Assembly (NCBI GenBank): GCA_023136725.1
Contig: JAGLQR010000001.1
Coordinates: forward strand, 1-31,449
Direction: 5' to 3'
DNA length: 31,449 bases
From: Candidatus Aminicenantes bacterium
Lineage (GTDB): Bacteria > Acidobacteriota > Aminicenantia > UBA2199
The translations under genes were made by a program, and so were the position numbers. The notes below the pieces were generated by a model, which made no database searches, was not told the DNA's origin, and saw only the letters and a program-made list of their open reading frames with translations. Position 1 is the stretch's first letter. The number at the start of each line of letters is the position of its first letter. Below, piece by piece: positions 1 to 10,500 of this stretch.

Positions 1-2
1 AA

Positions 3-602
3 AAGGGAGAATTCCTTTTCCTGACTGGCGCATCAGGTGCCGGGAAATCTACATTTCTAAAAATGATATACAAGGAGGAAGTTCCTTCAAGAGGCCAGAT
101 TCTAATTAATTCTATGAATCTTAATCTCCTCCCTGACAATAAACTTTACAGATTAAGGAGAGATATCGGTATTGTTTTTCAGGATTTCAAACTTCTTGAT
201 AACCGGACAATATATGAAAATGTGGCAATCCCGCTTATAGCGAGGAACGAGAAGAAATCGATAGTTGATAAAATGGTTATCAATGCTCTCACTCTGGTTG
301 GCCTTACACATAGAAGAAACTACTTCCCTACTCATGTATCCGGTGGAGAGCAGCAACGTGTTGCAATAGCACGGGCAATAGTTGGAAATCCGAAGATAAT
401 AATTGCTGACGAGCCTACCGGGAACCTGGACACAGATCTTTCAATAAATATAATTAAAATATTTGAAAGGATTAATATAAACGGAATTACAGTCCTTATT
501 GCAACTCATGATAATAACATCCTTAAACTCTTCCCGAAAAGGGTCCTGCGGCTTGATAAAGGAATGCTGGTCTCAGATATTGGCATTGGTGGAATATCAT
601 GA
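3..602 (+). CDS. ftsE: Cell division ABC ATPase FtsE (5'-truncated by the window edge)
   Basis: The frame is open from base 3 ([26 protein letters not shown]), adding the Walker A motif GASGAGKST upstream of the ORF-track start at 63. Signature VSGGEQQRV and Walker [13 protein letters not shown] are present. Its stop overlaps the ftsX start (ATGA). Confidence 0.95.
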   Translation, partial: KGEFLFLTGASGAGKSTFLKMIYKEEVPSRGQILINSMNLNLLPDNKLYRLRRDIGIVFQDFKLLDNRTIYENVAIPLIARNEKKSIVDKMVINALTLVGLTHRRNYFPTHVSGGEQQRVAIARAIVGNPKIIIADEPTGNLDTDLSINIIKIFERININGITVLIATHDNNILKLFPKRVLRLDKGMLVSDIGIGGIS

Positions 603-1489
603 ACCTAATTAAAACTGCTATTATAAATTCAGTTATAAATATCCTGAGAAATAAAGTTATAAATATATTATCTCTCGGAATAATCGCATTTACACTTCTT
701 ATTTTTGGAATTTTCAATTACCTGTCTCTGAATATTGAAAATTTCACTCAGAATTTTTCGAAGAATATTGTTGCGATTTTCTATTTTAACGAAGGTGTCG
801 AAAAGAAATTGATAGATGATCTTACAGAGAGGCTTGACAACAATGTTCTGGTAGAAAGTGTTATATACTTTTCCGAGAATCAGAGTGAGATCCAGTTCAC
901 CAGAGAATTCCCGGAGCTTAAATACATTCTTAATGAATTCAAATCCTCCCCCTTCCCCTCTTCAATCGAGTTAAAGTTCAAGGAAAAAAATAAAAATACC
1001 AAGATCACATCTCTTATTGAAGAGGTAGGAAAACTAAGCATAGTTGAAAGTAAACAGGTAAACCTCGATTGGGCTGAGAAGATAACAACCCTGAGTAGAT
1101 TTATCACTATTGCCGGGATATTTCTAAGCAGTATTCTGATATTTATTTCAATCTTTATAATTTTCAATATTATTAAGATCAATATCTATTATAGAAAAGA
1201 GGAGATATCCATACTCAGGCTTGTGGGAGCAACTGACTGGTATATCAGAATTCCTTTCCTCATCGAAGGAGGAATCCTGGGGTTTTTCGGAAGTATATTC
1301 GCTTCGATTATTTTATTCACTTTATTGAAGTTAATTCCGATCTATGCAAGATCTGTTATTGAGCTTTCAAAAGGAGTTCTGAGTTTTGATTTTATTCCCG
1401 TCTCCATCTTCATAAAATTAATAATACTGGGAACATCAATTGGATTTTTCTCTTCTCTATTCTCTATAAGAAAATTTCTCAGGAACTAA
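599..1489 (+). CDS. ftsX: Cell division permease FtsX
   Basis: 296 aa with 4 hydrophobic segments and one large periplasmic loop after TM1. The C-terminal motif EISILRLVGATDWYIRIPFLIEG is typical of FtsX. Coupled to ftsE. Confidence 0.93.
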   Translation: MNLIKTAIINSVINILRNKVINILSLGIIAFTLLIFGIFNYLSLNIENFTQNFSKNIVAIFYFNEGVEKKLIDDLTERLDNNVLVESVIYFSENQSEIQFTREFPELKYILNEFKSSPFPSSIELKFKEKNKNTKITSLIEEVGKLSIVESKQVNLDWAEKITTLSRFITIAGIFLSSILIFISIFIIFNIIKINIYYRKEEISILRLVGATDWYIRIPFLIEGGILGFFGSIFASIILFTLLKLIPIYARSVIELSKGVLSFDFIPVSIFIKLIILGTSIGFFSSLFSIRKFLRN

Positions 1490-1510
1490 TTAGTTATAAT
1501 AAAAAAGATC

Positions 1511-2257
1511 TTACTTTCTTGGTTTTTTGGAAACTGACATATCCTGCTCTTCATCATAGCCGACGAGTTCATCCTTATCTTCGATATATACTCTTCCGCC
1601 ATGATCATCTTCATAAGAAAGACAACACATCAGCCTTCCGCATTGTCCTGAGATTTTTAGTGGATTCATACTCAGATTCTGCTTTTTTGCCATTTGAAGT
1701 GTTATAGGTTCAATGTTGGATAAAAACGTCTTACAACATAATTGACGGCCGCATATTCCAAGGCCACCTATTATCTTTGTCTCATCCCTGATCCCGATCT
1801 GTTTCATTTCAATCCGCATTTTTATCTTTTTTGCCAGATCTTTGACCAGATCCCTGAAATCAATCCTCCCTTCAGAGGTGAAAAAAAACACTGCCTTTTT
1901 TTCGTTTGTTACAAATGCCACTTTAACAAGCTTTATCGGGATCTCTCTCTCTTTTATTTTTAATCTACAAAAAGAGAACGCATCTTTCTCAGATTCTCTT
2001 TTTTTAGAAAACTCCTCGAGGTCTCGTTCCCCGGCAATTCTTAGTATTTCTGGTATTAATACAACTTTTCTAAGGCAATTGAATTTGTCACCGAATGATT
2101 TGATAACCTTCCCTACTTCCTCACCGAATAGCGAATCTACCATTACAAGATCATTTGGTTTGATATTCGAATTCTTGGTTTTGTAGTGCTTTATATCCTT
2201 TCTGTCCTTAATGCTGACCGTCAGTACCCTGAACTCGGCTTTATTCATTTCAGACAT
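1511..2257 (-). CDS. ricT: PSP1-domain protein RicT/YaaT family (Fe-S regulatory subunit)
   Basis: Motifs FFFTSEGRIDFRDLVKDLA, RIEMKQIGIRDE, GLGICGRQLCC and KISGQCGRLMCCLSYE. Start moved to ATG 2257 (MSEMNK), which overlaps the holB stop (ATGTCTGA). holB-ricT is a known gene order. Confidence 0.88.
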   Translation of the reverse strand: MSEMNKAEFRVLTVSIKDRKDIKHYKTKNSNIKPNDLVMVDSLFGEEVGKVIKSFGDKFNCLRKVVLIPEILRIAGERDLEEFSKKRESEKDAFSFCRLKIKEREIPIKLVKVAFVTNEKKAVFFFTSEGRIDFRDLVKDLAKKIKMRIEMKQIGIRDETKIIGGLGICGRQLCCKTFLSNIEPITLQMAKKQNLSMNPLKISGQCGRLMCCLSYEDDHGGRVYIEDKDELVGYDEEQDMSVSKKPRK

Positions 2258-3233
2258 AGCTATTGATAAATTCAAGGATAAGGATCTTACTATTAAGATT
2301 CCGTTTGATATCTCTTTGTAAAAATTCCATTCTTCTTATTAAGTAGAGTATTTTTTCAAGTGTTATATATTTCTGAAGCTCGAACAATTTTTCACTAAAA
2401 TCAACATTTATCAGAAATTCTTTCTTTAACTCTATTTTGATAATCATTATATCCCTTAACATTAAAGAAATCAAATTAATCATTTCTACAAATGAATCGA
2501 TAAATACTGACCTGCTTCTGCTCTGATCTGAAAGTGCAAGAAGAACCTCATCAATTTGCTTTTTTTTTAACAGTTTTTCAAGAATTTCAAGATAACGTGA
2601 TCTCTTGTTCTGAAGGGAATAGAAATCCTCCTTAAGAACATTATCAATACTTGATCTGCTGATCGATGCTAAAAGATCAGCTTTCTCATTGTCATAACCC
2701 ATTTTGATCAGGTGGTCATGTATCTCTTTTCTCGTAGGGGAATAAAAATTCAACATCTGGCACCTCGACCTGATCGTTGGAAGTAGTTGTGACTTATTCC
2801 TGGTCAGTAAAATAAATATTGTTGAATCGGATGGCTCTTCGAGAACTTTAAGAAAAGAGTTTGAAGAGCTTTCATTCATTTTGTTTGCATCAGACATAAT
2901 AAAGATCTTTTTATCTGATATCATTGGCCTTTTATAATTCTCCTCAATAAGTTCAAGGACCTGGTCTTTTTTATAGAATTGGCCGTCAGGGAAAAGATAT
3001 ATCACATCTGGAAATATTGTTTTATTTATATCAATGCAATGGTCACAGGAATCACAGAAATCATCTTTATTCCTTTCACAATTCACAGATTTAGCAAAGC
3101 CCAGAGCTAAATCGGACAGATTTGCACTTTGGGGACCTGAAAAAATCATACTATAGGGAATTCTTTCTTTATCCAGATAGTTTTTTAAAATCTGTTTTAT
3201 TTTGTTATTCCCAACTATATCTGTAAAAGGCAT
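2250..3233 (-). CDS. holB: DNA polymerase III delta-prime subunit
   Basis: Clamp-loader AAA+ features: zinc cluster C..CDSCDHC, MNESSSNSFLKVLEEP, LLPTIRSRC (SRC arginine finger). Degenerate P-loop GPQSANLS, as expected for delta-prime. Confidence 0.9.
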   Translation of the reverse strand: MPFTDIVGNNKIKQILKNYLDKERIPYSMIFSGPQSANLSDLALGFAKSVNCERNKDDFCDSCDHCIDINKTIFPDVIYLFPDGQFYKKDQVLELIEENYKRPMISDKKIFIMSDANKMNESSSNSFLKVLEEPSDSTIFILLTRNKSQLLPTIRSRCQMLNFYSPTRKEIHDHLIKMGYDNEKADLLASISRSSIDNVLKEDFYSLQNKRSRYLEILEKLLKKKQIDEVLLALSDQSRSRSVFIDSFVEMINLISLMLRDIMIIKIELKKEFLINVDFSEKLFELQKYITLEKILYLIRRMEFLQRDIKRNLNSKILILEFINSYV

Positions 3234-3355
3234 TTGTTTTTTCTCACTTTTGTTCTTAAATTATACTAACATAATTAAACAGGAAATATAATATCTGTAT
3301 TGATACTTTTAAAGCTTCGTTGATAATAAATCCTCTCCATCCATAATTGATCAAT

Positions 3356-3384
3356 TTGACTAAGATCGGAAAAGATAATAGAAT
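3356..3384 (+). promoter_or_regulatory. Sigma70-type promoter for hslVU, predicted leaderless
   Basis: TTGACT (3356-3361), 17 nt, TAGAAT (3379-3384), 6 nt, ATG 3391. No Shine-Dalgarno before the ATG. Confidence 0.7.
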
Positions 3385-3390
3385 TATTCT

Positions 3391-3927
3391 ATGAAAAATC
3401 AGATAAAAAGTACTACAGTCATATGTGTAAAACATAAAAATAAAGTTGTGATCGGGGCAGATGGCCAGGTATCCTTTGGCAATACAGTTCTTAAACACGG
3501 AGCTAAAAAAATCAGAAGGCTTTACAACGGTAGCGTCCTTGCGGGATTTGCAGGTTCCACATCAGATGCTTTTTCTCTTTTTCAGAGATTTGAAGGAAAG
3601 CTTGAGGAATACAATGGAAATCTTTCAAGGGCATCAATAGAGTTATCAAAAGAATGGAGAACCGATAAGATCCTGAGGCGCCTGGAAGCAATGCTGATAG
3701 TTGCCGACAAGGAAAAACTATTTATCCTTTCCGGTTCAGGTGATATAATTGAACCGGATGAGGATATACTTGCTATCGGATCAGGTGGTCCTTATGCGCA
3801 ATCAGCTGCTATCGCATTGAAAAGATTTTCTGATCTTGGAGCAAAAGATATCATAGAAAAATCACTTCAAATAGCTTCTGATCTATGTATCTATACCAAC
3901 TCTATATTCACAATAGAGGAGTTATAA
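3391..3927 (+). CDS. hslV: ATP-dependent protease peptidase subunit HslV
   Basis: Short propeptide then STTVICV (N-terminal Thr nucleophile), [49 protein letters not shown]. Confidence 0.97.
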   Translation: MKNQIKSTTVICVKHKNKVVIGADGQVSFGNTVLKHGAKKIRRLYNGSVLAGFAGSTSDAFSLFQRFEGKLEEYNGNLSRASIELSKEWRTDKILRRLEAMLIVADKEKLFILSGSGDIIEPDEDILAIGSGGPYAQSAAIALKRFSDLGAKDIIEKSLQIASDLCIYTNSIFTIEEL

Positions 3928-5309
3928 TGTCAATCGAAAATGAAAAGGGTAAGATGAGCCTTACCCCCAAGGAAATAGTTAAAAGCCTTGATATATATAT
4001 AATCGGACAGAAAAATGCAAAAAAATCTGTCGCAATCGCACTGAGGAACAGATATAGAAGGAAACAATTGCCTAAGGATATAGCCGACGATATTATACCT
4101 AAGAATATTTTAATGATAGGCCCTACAGGTGTCGGAAAAACAGAGATCGCAAGACGACTTTCAAAACTGACAAGCTCACCCTTCATTAAGATCGAAGCAT
4201 CCAAATTCACTGAAGTCGGTTATGTAGGAAGAGATGTTGAATCAATAATCAGAGATCTGGTAAGAATTTCAATTGATCTTGTTAAAGTTGAAAAAATGTC
4301 TCAGAATGAAGATAAGGCCAAAAAAAATGCTGAGGAAAAAATACTCTCTATTCTGCTCCCACCACCAAAGAAAGTGAAGGGCCCGGCAGGAGAATTGGAT
4401 ATCGAAGATGATAGCCAGGAACAAACAAGGGAAAAACTGAGAAAATTATATGAAGATGGAAAACTTGATGACAGAATAGTTGAAGTAACTGTTAAATCCG
4501 GCGGTTCTACACCTTTCGAAATATTCTCCTCGTCAGGAGTTGAAGAGATTGGAATTTCGATCGGCGAGATGATGCCGAATATGTTTGGCGGGTCAAAATC
4601 AAAAAAGAGAAAGATGACCATCAAAGAAGCTTATGAATATTTCTTTAATGAGGAACAGAACAGGCTTCTGGATATGGATGAAGTTTCAAAAATTGCAATT
4701 GATAGAACCGAACAGATGGGTATAGTATTCCTGGATGAGATAGATAAGATCGCAGGACGTGAAGGAAGCGGTGGTGGTGGAGGTCCAATGGTGTCACGTG
4801 AAGGGGTTCAGAGAGATCTTTTACCTATAATCGAGGGGACTACGGTTAATACCAGACACGGAATGGTTAAAACTGACCATGTTCTGTTCATTGGTGCAGG
4901 TGCATTTCATGTCACAAAACCATCGGACCTTATCCCGGAACTTCAAGGTAGATTTCCGATCAGAGTCGAACTTGATTCATTATCAAAAGATGATTTTGTC
5001 AAAATTCTTAATGAACCTAAAAATGCTCTCACTAAACAATATACTGCACTCATCGGTACTGAAGGAATTGAGATAGAATTTACCGATGATTCAATTCATG
5101 AGATTGCCCAGATCGCGGAAGACCTGAATTCATCTGCTGAGAATATCGGCGCAAGGCGACTTCATACCATAATGGAGAAAGTGATGGAGGATATATCTTT
5201 CGAAGCCTCTGATGTCGGTGCTGGAAAAGTAAAAATTGATAAAAAATATGTCATAGATAAAGTGAAGGATATTGCGGAAGATACAGATTTGAGTAAATAT
5301 ATTCTTTAA
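3927..5309 (+). CDS. hslU: ATP-dependent protease ATPase subunit HslU
   Basis: [63 protein letters not shown] and C-terminal DLSKYIL. Start moved to ATG 3927 (TAATG overlap with the hslV stop, GAGGA upstream). Confidence 0.97.
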   Translation: MSIENEKGKMSLTPKEIVKSLDIYIIGQKNAKKSVAIALRNRYRRKQLPKDIADDIIPKNILMIGPTGVGKTEIARRLSKLTSSPFIKIEASKFTEVGYVGRDVESIIRDLVRISIDLVKVEKMSQNEDKAKKNAEEKILSILLPPPKKVKGPAGELDIEDDSQEQTREKLRKLYEDGKLDDRIVEVTVKSGGSTPFEIFSSSGVEEIGISIGEMMPNMFGGSKSKKRKMTIKEAYEYFFNEEQNRLLDMDEVSKIAIDRTEQMGIVFLDEIDKIAGREGSGGGGGPMVSREGVQRDLLPIIEGTTVNTRHGMVKTDHVLFIGAGAFHVTKPSDLIPELQGRFPIRVELDSLSKDDFVKILNEPKNALTKQYTALIGTEGIEIEFTDDSIHEIAQIAEDLNSSAENIGARRLHTIMEKVMEDISFEASDVGAGKVKIDKKYVIDKVKDIAEDTDLSKYIL

Positions 5310-5329
5310 TGTTTTGTAAGAGGTATAAA

Positions 5330-6421
5330 ATGAACACAAAAATCATATCAAAAATTTCGTTAATATTGCTTATTTTTTCTTTTATTATCCTGAACAGCTG
5401 CGGGAAAAGAGGGCCTCTTAAATTGGACCCTCAGATATTTCCTGCAAAAATAAAAGATCTCACTGTAATTCAGGTTGGAAACAATCTTAAGTTCCAATGG
5501 AAATTCCCCGAATTTTTAAAAGATAATAAGACTGTACTGGATATTTCCCTGATAAAAAAAATATATTTTTATTACTCTGAAAGGCATGTAGCTTCTATTA
5601 GTGGAAAAAGGACTAATGTATCAGATATTTTCATTAAGAAGGGACGCTTATTGAAGAAAACGGATATTCAGCAAATACTAAGTAATAATGGAGAATACTA
5701 TTTTATTTTTCCGGACATATCCGGAAAGTTTTTAAATAAAAAGATCTTTACGGCTCTGTATTATAGTTATAATAAATTATCTTCATCACTTTCAGAAATA
5801 AACGAGATAAAAATAATGTTACCGGTTAAACCGGTTCGGGATCTTTCCCTTATTAATGAGAATAAAGTTATTAAACTCAAATGGGCAAGGCCTGTTACAA
5901 AAACTAAAAAAAGAAAATCACCTGAGATCGCCGGCTTCAATATCTTCAGGAAAATAGAGATAGAAGACGAAAAAAAAGGTACCTCTTTCGTGAAACTGAA
6001 CAGAGATATAGTATTAAAAGAGTATTTTGAAGATAAGGACACAGGACAGAGTGGAAAACACAATTATTACATATCTGTGGTAGTTAGTGATTCGAATATA
6101 AGCGAAAAATCCAATATTGTATCTGTTAATATAAAAGATATCTTCCCTCCCGAAATACCTCGGAATATTCTCATTTTTAAAAGTTCAAATGGTCTTATGT
6201 TAAGTTGGAGGAAAGTCAGTGATAAAGATCTTTCACATTATAAGATTTATAGAAAATCGGGCAACGAAACTGATTTCAAAGTACTCAATACTAAAATAAT
6301 TGAAAATAAATTTATGGATGATAAAGTTGATAAAGGTGTAAATTACAGTTACTACATTACTTCGGTCGATAACAATGGTAACGAGAGTGATAATTCAGAA
6401 AGCCAGTCCGAATTATTCTAG
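5330..6421 (+). CDS. Lipoprotein with fibronectin type III-like repeats
   Basis: Basic N-terminus, hydrophobic stretch and lipobox LNS-C followed by GKRGPL. Fn3-type motifs LKFQW, IKLKWARP..GFNIFR, D.FPPEIP, LMLSW..DLSHYKIYR, YSYYITSVDNNGNES. Start moved to ATG 5330 (GAGGT upstream). Confidence 0.75.
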   Translation: MNTKIISKISLILLIFSFIILNSCGKRGPLKLDPQIFPAKIKDLTVIQVGNNLKFQWKFPEFLKDNKTVLDISLIKKIYFYYSERHVASISGKRTNVSDIFIKKGRLLKKTDIQQILSNNGEYYFIFPDISGKFLNKKIFTALYYSYNKLSSSLSEINEIKIMLPVKPVRDLSLINENKVIKLKWARPVTKTKKRKSPEIAGFNIFRKIEIEDEKKGTSFVKLNRDIVLKEYFEDKDTGQSGKHNYYISVVVSDSNISEKSNIVSVNIKDIFPPEIPRNILIFKSSNGLMLSWRKVSDKDLSHYKIYRKSGNETDFKVLNTKIIENKFMDDKVDKGVNYSYYITSVDNNGNESDNSESQSELF

Positions 6422-7563
6422 TGCCGAAAGTTGTAATTATTAAATGCGATTCTTATGATCACTCAAGAGTTCTCGATTCTCTAAAAAGGGGTATCGATCT
6501 TCTAGGGGGAATTTCAGCCCTTTTTTCACCCGGAGAGAAGATATTGATCAAACCAAATATCCTCGCCGGAGATCATCCTGACAAAAATGTAACAACCCAT
6601 CCTGCTGTATTAGCAGGCTTAGCAGATATTTTTCAGGGAAATGATTATTTATTATCTTATGGAGATTCACCCGGTTTCGGCAGTTTGAAGAGAGCAGCTG
6701 AAAGAGCGGGCATTAAAAGGGTATTTGATGATAGAGGTATCGAGGCGGGTGATTTTGAGACGATCGTAAATGTCTCTTTTCAAGAGGGAGTTATTTTAAA
6801 AAATATTCCTTTGGCGAAAGGTGTAACTTCTTCAGATGCAATCATTAGTGTCAGTAAGATGAAAGCTCACGGTTTTACCAGGATCACCGGAGCTGTAAAA
6901 AATCAATTCGGATGTTTACCAGGTTTGATAAAGGGTGAATTCCATGTAAAGATGCCTGATATCATAGATTTTTCTAAAGTCCTTCATGATATAAATAATT
7001 TGGTTAAACCAAGACTCTTTATTATGGATGGAATAATAGCAATGGAAGGAAACGGCCCCCGTGGTGGAAACAACATCAAAATGAATACACTTCTTTTCTC
7101 AACTGACCCGATAGCACTTGATATGGTATTTTGCAAACTTGTCGATCTTAATCCTGAATTTGTCCCCACAATGAGATCTTGTACAAACGAAGATCTTATG
7201 GTCTATACACACGATGATATTGAATTAGCAGGAGACAAAATAGATGATCTTATTAATTCTAAATTCAATGTTACACGTAAAAAGTTCGAAAGATTTGCAT
7301 CTGCCGGAAGTTTTCCCACTTTTCTTAAGAACCTGATCTCACCAAAGCCTGTTATAGATTACAATACGTGTAAGAACTGCGGAAAATGTGTTCTTCAATG
7401 TCCTACTGATCCGAAATCTCTTAATTGGGTAGATGCTGGAGATTTCCCCTACCCTGTCTATGATTATAAATCCTGTATAAGATGCTATTGCTGCCAGGAA
7501 ATGTGCCCGCACAATTCAATTTCCATAAAAACGCCCCTGCTAGGTAAACTTATAAGAAGGTAA
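6421..7563 (+). CDS. DUF362-domain protein with C-terminal 2x[4Fe-4S] ferredoxin domain
   Basis: DUF362 motifs IKPN, TTHP, GDSP, KMKAH, TGAVKNQFG, DGIIAMEGNGP, DPIALD. Ferredoxin motifs CKNCGKCVLQCP and CIRCYCCQEMCP. GTG start overlaps the upstream TAG by 1 nt. Confidence 0.85.
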   Translation: MPKVVIIKCDSYDHSRVLDSLKRGIDLLGGISALFSPGEKILIKPNILAGDHPDKNVTTHPAVLAGLADIFQGNDYLLSYGDSPGFGSLKRAAERAGIKRVFDDRGIEAGDFETIVNVSFQEGVILKNIPLAKGVTSSDAIISVSKMKAHGFTRITGAVKNQFGCLPGLIKGEFHVKMPDIIDFSKVLHDINNLVKPRLFIMDGIIAMEGNGPRGGNNIKMNTLLFSTDPIALDMVFCKLVDLNPEFVPTMRSCTNEDLMVYTHDDIELAGDKIDDLINSKFNVTRKKFERFASAGSFPTFLKNLISPKPVIDYNTCKNCGKCVLQCPTDPKSLNWVDAGDFPYPVYDYKSCIRCYCCQEMCPHNSISIKTPLLGKLIRR

Positions 7564-10500
7564 TTATCTCGATCTCATCGCAATGGTTGCTTTCATCACT
7601 TTTCCCGATCTTAAGAATGTGATTTCAACTTTCTGTCCCGGGATGTATTTTTTCAGAGCGGTACTGTATTCCTTCAAATTTGAAACTTTATTATCCCCTA
7701 TTGCTGTAACAATATCTCCTTTCATCAAAACATGATCTTTCCCGACAGCTGATTTCATGGCCATGGCAACTTTGACCCCGCCTGCTGAGAATGTGAAATC
7801 GGGCATGATACCAATGCTTGCCCTCATATTTTTCTTTGTTGTTAAAGATGGTTTTGAACCGCTTACTCCGGCCTTACCGGTAAATGTCATCGGGAGTTCT
7901 CTCTCCGACAGATAAAGAAGCACCTCTTTTGAGATCTTTGCGATCTTAACAAGTCCTTCCGGATCAATCTTGTCAGATGTATCAGAAGGTTTATGATAGT
8001 CGAGATGCGGGCCGGAAAATATTTGGATTCCGGGTATCCCTTTCTTAATAAAACTTACCTGATCACTTGCATCAAGATCCTGAGCAATAAGGTCGCTTTC
8101 AATTCCGGTTGTATATCCTATTCCCATAAACATGAATTTCCACTCTTTTGCAGAATTTGATCCGATTATCATCGGCTTTTTACCGTTAAGTCTCCCTACT
8201 GTATCAAGGTTAATAACACCTATTATTTTATTGATCGGAAATTTTTTATAATTGTTAACAAAATATTCGGAACCCATCAACTTATTTTCCTCACCGGTAA
8301 ATGCAATAAATAAAATATTCCTGTCAGGAGAAAGTGACTTACCAAGATTCTTTGCTAACTCAAGCATAACAGCTACACCGCTTGCGTTATCATCAGCACC
8401 CGGGTGAATTTCCCCTTCATTCCCTTCTCTGACATCAGGCCAACCTCTTCCAAGATGATCATAATGGGCAGCTATTACGACAGTCTGTCCTGCTAATTTT
8501 TCTTTCTTCCCTGGTATTAAACCTATAACATTTTTTAAGGTTATCAGTTTTCCGTCAGGTCCGGACTTAACATCCCATTTCTGGAAATATTCCCCATTCC
8601 CGCTTCCCGGTTTCAGTCCATACTCTTTGAATTTATCAGCAATAAAATCTGCTGCAGTATCAATTCCACTGCTACCCAGTCCCCTTCCTTCAAGATTGAG
8701 ATCCGCCAAAAACTCAATGGTCTTTTTCATATCTGAGGCGGAGAAAAGTGAGTCCAGTTTACCCAGTGGTTCCCTTTCAGGAGATTTGTGGTCAAATGAT
8801 ATATCTTTCTTAAATATCTTGATCAGAGGAGAGTTTTTTGACTCCCACTGCCCTTTCAGATTTATTGTGGGTTCCTCTCCGCTGAAAGCAAGATAGCTGT
8901 ATTTTCCGTAATGGGGAAGTTTTCTACTGAGGCCTGATAGAGCTTTATTATTATCTGCACTCACAAAAACAACTACCTTTGACCTGTTCCCTGGATTCTT
9001 TACCGCCAGAATTATACTGTTCTTTCTTCTGTCGACATCTTTTTTTCCAATTGATGCCTTATCGGTCCCGATAGAACTATTATATGCCTTTATCTCATTC
9101 TCAATAACCGGCCTGAACTTATTATTCCACCCGAGCATCCATATATCGCTGTCCACCGGTAATTCCTGAATATCTTTATCATTAACAATACTAATAATTT
9201 CATTCTTCTTTGAAGTCCAGTTCTCTGCAAGTTTTTTGTAATATTCACGGATCCCGGTCCCGTCATCTGCCGGCAATATGATCAGAACTTCTTTTGATCC
9301 GAAAACCTTAGAAAGGGAGGGGGGGATCTCCTCAGCTGACAATCTCCTGAAAACATCAAAGAACGGGTCTATATCGATCCTTAACGGATTTTTTCCAAAA
9401 GAATGTTTATATGACTGAATTTTCCCTGACATAGCGATATCGATCATTTTCATATCTTTTTCACCTTCGAGATAGACTGCAACAGGGATATGGAGATTAT
9501 ACGCATCTCCAGGCTGGGACTGGATGACCTCAAAGTTAAGATCATAAGAATTACCCTTCTTTTTAACCGATGCTTTTCCCAGCTTCAGGTCCGGTGCCCC
9601 TTTTCTATAAACCCACTGGCTGAAGAAAGAGGAAAGATCTTCTCCGGAAACTTTTTCAAATGAATTACGGATATCACTGAATTCTGCTTTATTGAATTTG
9701 TTGTTCTTATAGAAATCACGTATCGATTCTACAAATTTATCATCTCCATATCTCTGCCTCAGCATATTGAACATCATCATAACTTTTCCATATCCTATAG
9801 CTGATGATGAAGCATTATATCTGGCACGAAACTCTGATACCGGAAATTCATTACTCTCATTCACATAATCTGTATAACCCTGCAAGGTAGTTCTTCTATA
9901 TTCCGCTCCCTGTTTTCTCTGTTCTTTTATAAGATGATCTGCAAGAAAAACAGTTATACCTTCACACCAGTTACCTTTCTCGTAATCAACAAAAACACTA
10001 TTGCCCCACCAATTATGTAAAAGCTCATGAGGATATGAAGAGTGGAGAATAAACGGGAATCTTATAACCTTTGACCCGAGCAGAGTGAATGATGCCATAC
10101 CGTATCCTGTCTCCCAGAAATTTTCGATAAGTGCAAATTTTGAATACGGGTATTGCCCGATCAGGTTATTGTACATTTCAAGATATTGGCCGGTTGTATT
10201 CAAATATTTCATTGCAAGATTATCATCTTTAGTCCTCATATATGCAAAAATATTCACATTATGCGTCCTGATCTTATACTTATGAAAAGGTGCGGATATC
10301 AGATATACTTCATCCATAGGTTCCGGAGAACTCCATTCGGAAATATGCTTTCCGTCACTATCCGAATCCTGCAAGAGTTTTCCCTGCGATATGGAACTCC
10401 ATCCCTCAGGGGAAATTACCTTTACGTTAAAAGTAACCAGCTTATCGTTGAACCACGGCACCCAGAATGATGATCCTGAAAGATAAACACCCTTATTTGA

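Noticed and set aside
1484-1495. Perfect palindrome AACTAATTAGTT across the ftsX stop
   Set aside because: Too weak to act as a terminator. Many 12-bp AT-rich palindromes are expected by chance in 31 kb.
3148-3171. Degenerate Walker A in HolB (GPQSANLS)
   Set aside because: Delta-prime subunits normally do not bind ATP. The zinc cluster and SRC motif are intact, so this is not pseudogenisation.
3256-3498. 80-aa minus-strand ORF spanning the holB/hslV intergenic region
   Set aside because: It overlaps the hslV start and promoter on the opposite strand, has low-complexity AT-rich translation, and shows no family signal.
9319-9325. G7 tract in the peptidase gene, and A/T8-9 runs in ricT, holB and the dehydrogenase, as phase-variation sites
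   Set aside because: The tracts are short, all frames are intact, and they encode ordinary Pro-Pro or Lys-Lys-Lys runs.
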